Notes under the pieces: model-generated | What the model was told of the DNA's origin: nothing | Seen by the model: the letters and a program-made list of their open reading frames with translations, nothing else | The model's database searches: none | Part shown: positions 58,425 through 64,000 of the stretch, piece after piece | Position numbering within the stretch: the first letter of the stretch is position 1 | Layout: each line of letters opens with the position of its first letter | From: Hyphochytrium catenoides | Taxonomy: Eukaryota; Protista; Hyphochytriomycota | Length of the DNA stretch: 64,000 bases | NCBI GenBank assembly: GCA_900088475.1 | Contig: FLMG01000943.1 | Location: 1 to 64,000 of the forward strand | Direction of reading: 5' to 3' | Position numbers and translations under genes: made by a program

Positions 58425-59489
58425 CACTCCTCCTGCGGGACTCCCGCTGCAGCAGAAGGTTGATTCTGAATACCAACGGCTGGATACAATCCTCCTACCG
58501 CCGGTCTAGTCTGTTCTCTGCACTGGAGAACGCTCCTACTGTCGCTTCATCTGACACGGCCAGCGACTAGCCCCGAGCGGCACTCCATTAAAGATGAGAG
58601 CAGGACCCTCCGTACTATCAGCTTGCTACTGAGCTATTAAGTCTGGGTGCCGTAGATCTCTGTGTCTCTTCGGTGTTGAACCTCACTGATGTCGTTTAGT
58701 TCGGTTCTCCGTCCGCATGCCAGCTGCGGTTAGGCTTAGTCTAGGTTCGCTGCAAACCTTCAAGGCAATAAAATAGCAGAGAGATTCCCTGCTCTGTTTT
58801 CCCAACGGGGGTGCCCTACGCCAGGAGCCATGAGGCTGATCAGTGATGAGGCTACAGAGTGATGAGCCCTGCATGGCCTGAAGGGCGAGCCTAGAGCCTG
58901 TAAAGCTCACCTGTCTCATCATCAAGAGACATGTTATTTCTCAGCAATCAAGAGAAACGGTAAAGATCACCTTCAAAGTTCCATGGTGATAACTGTATGA
59001 TATAGCGTTAGCGGCTATCTGGGCATCCCATTATTAATCGCTCATCAGCATTTCTCTTCTTCTGCTGCACGATGGGATAGACTCGCCAAGCCTTGACATA
59101 CTTTATAAATGGTTAGACCTCGTCAAAGGTGTAAGCCGCACCATCATCAGCTAAAAGGAAAATGTGACATCTACATCCAGCCTCAGTCATAGGTCGTCTT
59201 TGATTTGTCGCAGCATCCCAGGTCATCTGGAGCTTCATCACATTCAAACCAGCTTTTTCTTTCGTATAAGTGTTAAACTCCTTATGTAGGAGGGAAAGGA
59301 AAACCTCAAAAAGCTGCAAGAAGGAGGAGGCGTGACTCTTGCTACTGCTATGCCTCGCTCACTAACCGCATTCTATCATAGGTTTTCCTCTGTCCAACGC
59401 GGTATTCATTAGGGATAAAGTGGTGTAAGTCGGTGTTTCGCATCATCGTCCAATAGTCGGGTGAAGAGGGTCAAATTCAACCAGGTCCG

Positions 59490-60625
59490 TTAGGAATACT
59501 TCCGCCGTGGCTTGTAATGGTCTTTAAGGTAGAAACCGCCTGCGGTTGCAGTACATAACACCGTTGCGTTGCGGGCAGCAAGTAGCACACTTCCTACAGT
59601 CATCAAAATGAGAATAATGTCCTCTAGCAAAAGAAGTGGTGGTACGGAAGAGCAGGAGATGTGGGGTACAACCGGTATTGATATGCCAACCAGGTGTACA
59701 CTAGGAGGGGTACTTACTTCTAAAGAGGTAAGTCGGAGCAGCTGCTGTCAAGAAAAGTGCCGAATAGAAGAGCTCAGGGTGGGTACGGCGGAATCCATCA
59801 GCCTCGTGGAAATCTGTCCTCCATGACCTTGGTGTTAGTAAAGAGTTGCTTTTGGGATATAGGTCAAGCACGGACCAAAAGTACGTACAGTATTGCGCGG
59901 ACCGGAAGGATGACTCTAACGGCTGAAGCTGCGTCTTTACTTCTTCTGCAGTCCGTTGTAGCATTTGCTAGAGTCCGTCTGAGTCAAGGTACTAGTCCAA
60001 AGGTACGCTAACGTGCTCACCTCCTCTTGCACCAAAATCCGGTTCAGTTTCTGCCTTCCAGAGGCAATGTACTGTCGAAGAAAAGTCCCTTCGCCCTCAG
60101 GATCATAAGACCGAGTAAAGTCAACCGCAAACTTTGTGGTCTCCGCTACGGAGTCCTTTACGCTCTTCCACATCTGTTGCCATCGTAACCAAACAATCAT
60201 ACGCAGGTTGAGCTACGCTATAGTATAATGAGTACTCTCCCCAAGGGGGCGGTGTAAATGCAACCTCACTGGAGTCCTCACCACCCATACAGCCATCAAT
60301 AAAAAAAAAGAAAAGTATAATGAGTACAAGGTCTCACCTTTGAGGCTTCGTCTCTGACAGGTGAGATCCGCTTATTTATGTCATCCACCCCATCCTTCAC
60401 TCTGGTAGACACAGCCTCTTGAGCGTCCGAGAACTGCATGTAAGAGCAGAGAACCGTCAGCCTCTATCTTGTTAATGCTGCACGGGGTACGGCGCAACCT
60501 GCCTTCTGATTAGCTGCCTCCCTTATATTACTTGGAGAGAGTCGTTCAGGCTCCTCCTTCCTTAGGTTCTGCCTTGGTTTTGTTTCAACCTCTGGGGAGT
60601 GCGACGACGAGGCATTGCTTGCCAT
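59490..60625 (-). CDS. Small (~220 aa) 6-exon protein with amphipathic helices and a C-terminal hydrophobic hairpin; function unknown
   Basis: The exons join in frame: MASNASS..NQK | FSDAQEAV..ASK | MWKSVKD..QEE | QMLQRTA.. | SWRTDF..YLFR | SVLLAARN..RRKYS*. The first intron (60502-60434) needs a GC donor. Confidence 0.7.
60222..60327 (+). mobile_element. Short non-LTR retroposed insertion (5'-truncated LINE/SINE or mRNA 3' end) with 14-bp TSD
   Basis: AGTATAATGAGTAC at 60222-60235 and 60314-60327 flanks 78 bp ending in AATAAAAAAAAAGAAA. Confidence 0.8.
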
Positions 60626-61691
60626 CTTGGTGCTGTAGGGTGAGTCCTAGTGGGACTTAACTGTCACTCCTTTTACTCTTTTACACTTGCCACTCTCTTC
60701 CAGAGGCACTAGAAGGTGACTTAGATCAATACGCAGCAAATTAGTCGCGTGTAGTTGTGGTACCTGCCTCGCTTGATGATCTCGCAGAGCGCTTCCAAGC
60801 TTCCGTCTTCACAAGCCAGGTCAAGAAGTTGTGCCCTTGAGACACGCTTCGTCAGGCTTTTCTTGTCCTTGGACCTTGGACTTTGTTTCCCAATAAAAAG
60901 CCCGAGTCCTGCAGTCACGTCGCCGTGAAGAGAGTCTGTAGGCTATGGTCTCGAGTCTCTCTCCTACGGTACTTTACTAACAGACGATCGGGAAGCTAGC
61001 TGTCCTACTCCCCCGCCTTTATGTGAAGATCCCGTCAAGGGTATCGTACACCGTGTAACGTGATGTTCGCGTCGAGTCAAAGCTGTACCGCGGATACTGT
61101 ATATTCCAGTCAAGGTGTTCAGCTTCAGAACAGACCTCAATACTAGGCGTATTATTCTGAATAGAGGGACTGTATACATCCGTTTCCTCATCTGTTCCAT
61201 TAACCAATGTCAAAGGTCTGGCAGCTGATGATCACACACAACCTTTCACCTTCTCCCTCACTCACCGTGTAGTGCCTTTCATGAAGGTAGGGAGACTCGG
61301 CTTGGAGCTCTTCTCATCTTGGTTCAGCTGGGGTGTAAGCCAATGTTGGGCGCCTGGCTATGCCACATATAGAGACCACCCACGTTGAGCAGAAGCTCTA
61401 GTGAAGCATCCCGCCATCAGGGAGCGGTAAGTAAAGCGCTAGGGCGACGTGGTGGTGTTAAGGGCAATGCCAATGGGAGCGAAAGGTAGGAGCCGCATTG
61501 AGTCCTTCTAACCTTCTTCTGCGGTATGGGGCCCTTACCCCGTACTCTTGAGCAACCGGCGACCATGAAGCAAGAACCGCGGCGTGATGGATCTGGTAGG
61601 GTTCCACCTTCTCGGTCAGATGGTCATTCTCCACATCTTGACACTGTGGACACAAAATGGTGCTTTGGTTTGACGACCGTTTACTAGGAGG

Positions 61692-64000
61692 ATGAGGTCA
61701 TCGGTAAACTCTTCCCCTAGGCTCCCTCCACCCTCTGGCTCGCCTAGAGTGGACAGTCAGGCCATAAGCGCTCAGGCACGAAAGCACGAAGCCACGAATT
61801 CTGCTACAATGCACCCCACCTCTTCACCTAGACTTCCATCCCTTGATCCTTCTATACCATCAGCGATGTCCCATCAGCATTGTCCGGTAGCTGACCTTGC
61901 CTTCCACTCGGAGAAGCAGGCGGTGCCCTCCCGTACCTTCTCAAAGAGGGAGAATCTCAGAGGACCAGTATTGGCTCCACTTATACATGCGGCACCGCTA
62001 AACAGGCAGTGTCTGAATCTTTCACAAAAAGACCAGACACGGCATACTGAAGATGCAGAAGGTGCATCTTCAAGCGAAGGTGACAGCGACACCGCTTCTT
62101 GCTACTGTTCTGCGGGAGAGCAGCTGATGGAAGATAATGTGCAGTTGCTAATTGCAAGAAGCCTGGAGAACTACTCAGAACACAGCCCCTATAAGGCTAG
62201 TAATAGCTCTGGAAACTCTTTGAAATCCCCTAGACGAAGGAAAGGCCCTAACTCACCCCGAAAATTGCTGAGCAAAGATGGCAATGATGAGCTGGGTCCG
62301 TCTCAAAATGTAGAAGCGCCAAGACGCAACGAGCCTCCTACTTTACAGGGAAGTGCGTTAAGGAAAAAGAAGAAACGTGCCAACTCTGTTCGTGACTACC
62401 TCCGCTACACCCCTGAGGAGGAGATACCTTTCCCAGGTAAGAGGAAGAAAGTCCTCTAGAGAGGGTTGTGAAAGCGCACCACCACTCTTGTGGGCTCATT
62501 CTTTCGTCCTCTTCCTTCTCCCATATTTCTCTTGTTCCTCCAGTCAGTCCCAATCAACCAAGCTCAGGCAGGCTACTACTTCAGAACACCTCTTCTAACA
62601 GTGCAGTGGCTTTCAAGGTTAAAACCACTGCCCCTAATCGCTATCAAATCAAGCCCCCAATGGGCATCATTGGGCCTCTATGCCAATTTGCTATTGAATG
62701 TAAGCAAAGGTTCTAATACTCATCGTTCACCGTCGAACTACTGGCTGCGGCCTGCAATGTCTTCGTGTCCATCTCTCACCCTGCCTCCCCACTTGCATAT
62801 ATCCCCATTCGTTCCTTACGGCCTTGGGCTTTCTTCTTCTATCTACAGTCATCATTCCTGCCACAGAAACGGAAGCTTTGTTATTCCCAATTGGGTCAAG
62901 AGGCACCACAACGAAAGGGCTTATTCCTTCACTTTATGGGAAAGACAAGTTTCTGGTCCAGAGCGCCATACTTGAAGAACAGGACTTTGGTGCAGAGAGC
63001 AAGCAAAAGACCCTCAATTCAGTGGTAAGCGATAGGGCTTAAGCGCTGCAGTTCTTTTGGGCCAGTTGACTTGGCGGACATCAAATTGGCTTCCTTTTCA
63101 ATGTCACTGATGTAGTGTGAAGTTCATTTAATCTTCGTTTTCATTGGCGTTTGGCTTTGGGATCTGATAGCTTCACGCAGTGGATGACGACTCGATGGAA
63201 GAACAAGACAGTGGAGAGGAAGTTCAAATCAAAACACTTTCAGCAAGTAGTAGTCTCTGACGACAGCGATAGCTCGGAGGGTGATGGTAGAAAGATTGAG
63301 ACCACCAAGGTCATGGCTGAGCGCGAGTTGCAACGAGAACCGCGGAAGAGGATGGCGAACCAGCCTTTGGGGCCATCGACCGCTAACCTAGACCGAGTTG
63401 GTTGCGGTAGCCTCCCAGGAACTGACGGACTCTTCAATACAATGACCTCTCCTCATGGTCCTTCCCCAGCTGCAAATGGAATAGCATGGGCCTCAATTGC
63501 AGAAACTCGTGAGTCTTCCCTTAAACCGAAACATGCTGCACAACCAACAAATCAGCCAAATAGGATCATTGGGGATAAGGAGCCAGGCAGACAAGAGGCA
63601 ACCTCCTCTTGGAAGAGAGAAGCACTCTCCTCCGAGGCGATACAATCGCCAGACGAGAGCTCACGCAAACTTGCCAACACAATGGAGAAGCTAGTGTCTT
63701 GGCTGTGCTATTCGTATGAAACTGCGAATCGCGACCATATCGGCGTGACAGCTCTTCCAAGGTGGGGTAGCGCCTTATGAAAGCTTCTCACTTTTTGAAT
63801 CTGCTCGCGATCTCGCATAACTTACCCGCCTATACCTGCCAACCTATGTATCGTTGCAGGGTCGTTGGGGAGGTTCGTGACTTCCTGTCATCGCTTTCAA
63901 GTGGCACTCCTCTAGAGTTCTTCAAGGCCCGTGATGTTGCGAATTTTCCTGAGATGGTACTATCACCTGAGCGTTGTGCTGCCACCCTCGAAGCGGTCAT
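61692..64000 (+). CDS. MSP (major sperm protein/VAP-like) domain protein with a long disordered N-terminus, 3'-partial, multi-exon
   Basis: The MSP signature LLLQNTSSNSAVAFKVKTTAPNRYQIKPPMGII and KDKFLVQS are joined by in-frame GT-AG introns (62437-62543, 62700-62848, 63025-63180). The gene continues past the window end. Confidence 0.8.

Noticed and set aside
60721-61655. Short minus-strand ORFs upstream of the small 6-exon gene
   Set aside because: They are interrupted by stops, and no consistent splice path or motif was found.
37856-64000. Apparent clustering of membrane/lipid-trafficking genes (PLAT-PP2C, PIPK, DENN, MSP)
   Set aside because: These are common gene classes, interrupted by PRMT7, with no evidence of functional linkage.
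1-64000. Prokaryotic systems (CRISPR arrays, operons, rRNA) or an alternative genetic code
   Set aside because: No repeat-spacer arrays or rRNA motifs. Conserved genes splice and terminate normally under the standard code (TAA, TAG and TGA are all used as stops).

Overview
Eukaryotic nuclear DNA with short spliceosomal introns (GT-AG, plus one probable GC-AG) and four N-gaps. It is most plausibly from a stramenopile/ochrophyte alga or a related protist, which is an inference from gene content and LR/RRL propeptide motifs. About 15 protein-coding genes can be supported. Intron-rich housekeeping genes: PRP6, a PTC7-like PP2C with an N-terminal PLAT domain, a DysF+PH+Fab1-like PIP kinase, PRMT7, a DENND4-like DENN/PPR GEF and an MSP/VAP-domain protein. 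Others: an EcKL/APH-type kinase, a GPI-anchored surface protein, and a J-protein with about 32 tandem C2HC zinc fingers. Between ~19.3 and ~37.4 kb lies an accessory block. It holds decayed coding relics (including a frameshifted CUB-like remnant), then four single-exon genes: a secreted S8 subtilisin, a MARVEL protein and two divergently oriented paralogs of an unrecognised secreted/membrane family with RxLR/RRL-type motifs. A 78-bp poly(A)-tailed insertion with a perfect 14-bp target-site duplication sits in an intron near 60.2 kb. Exon boundaries were derived by hand; no database searches were run.
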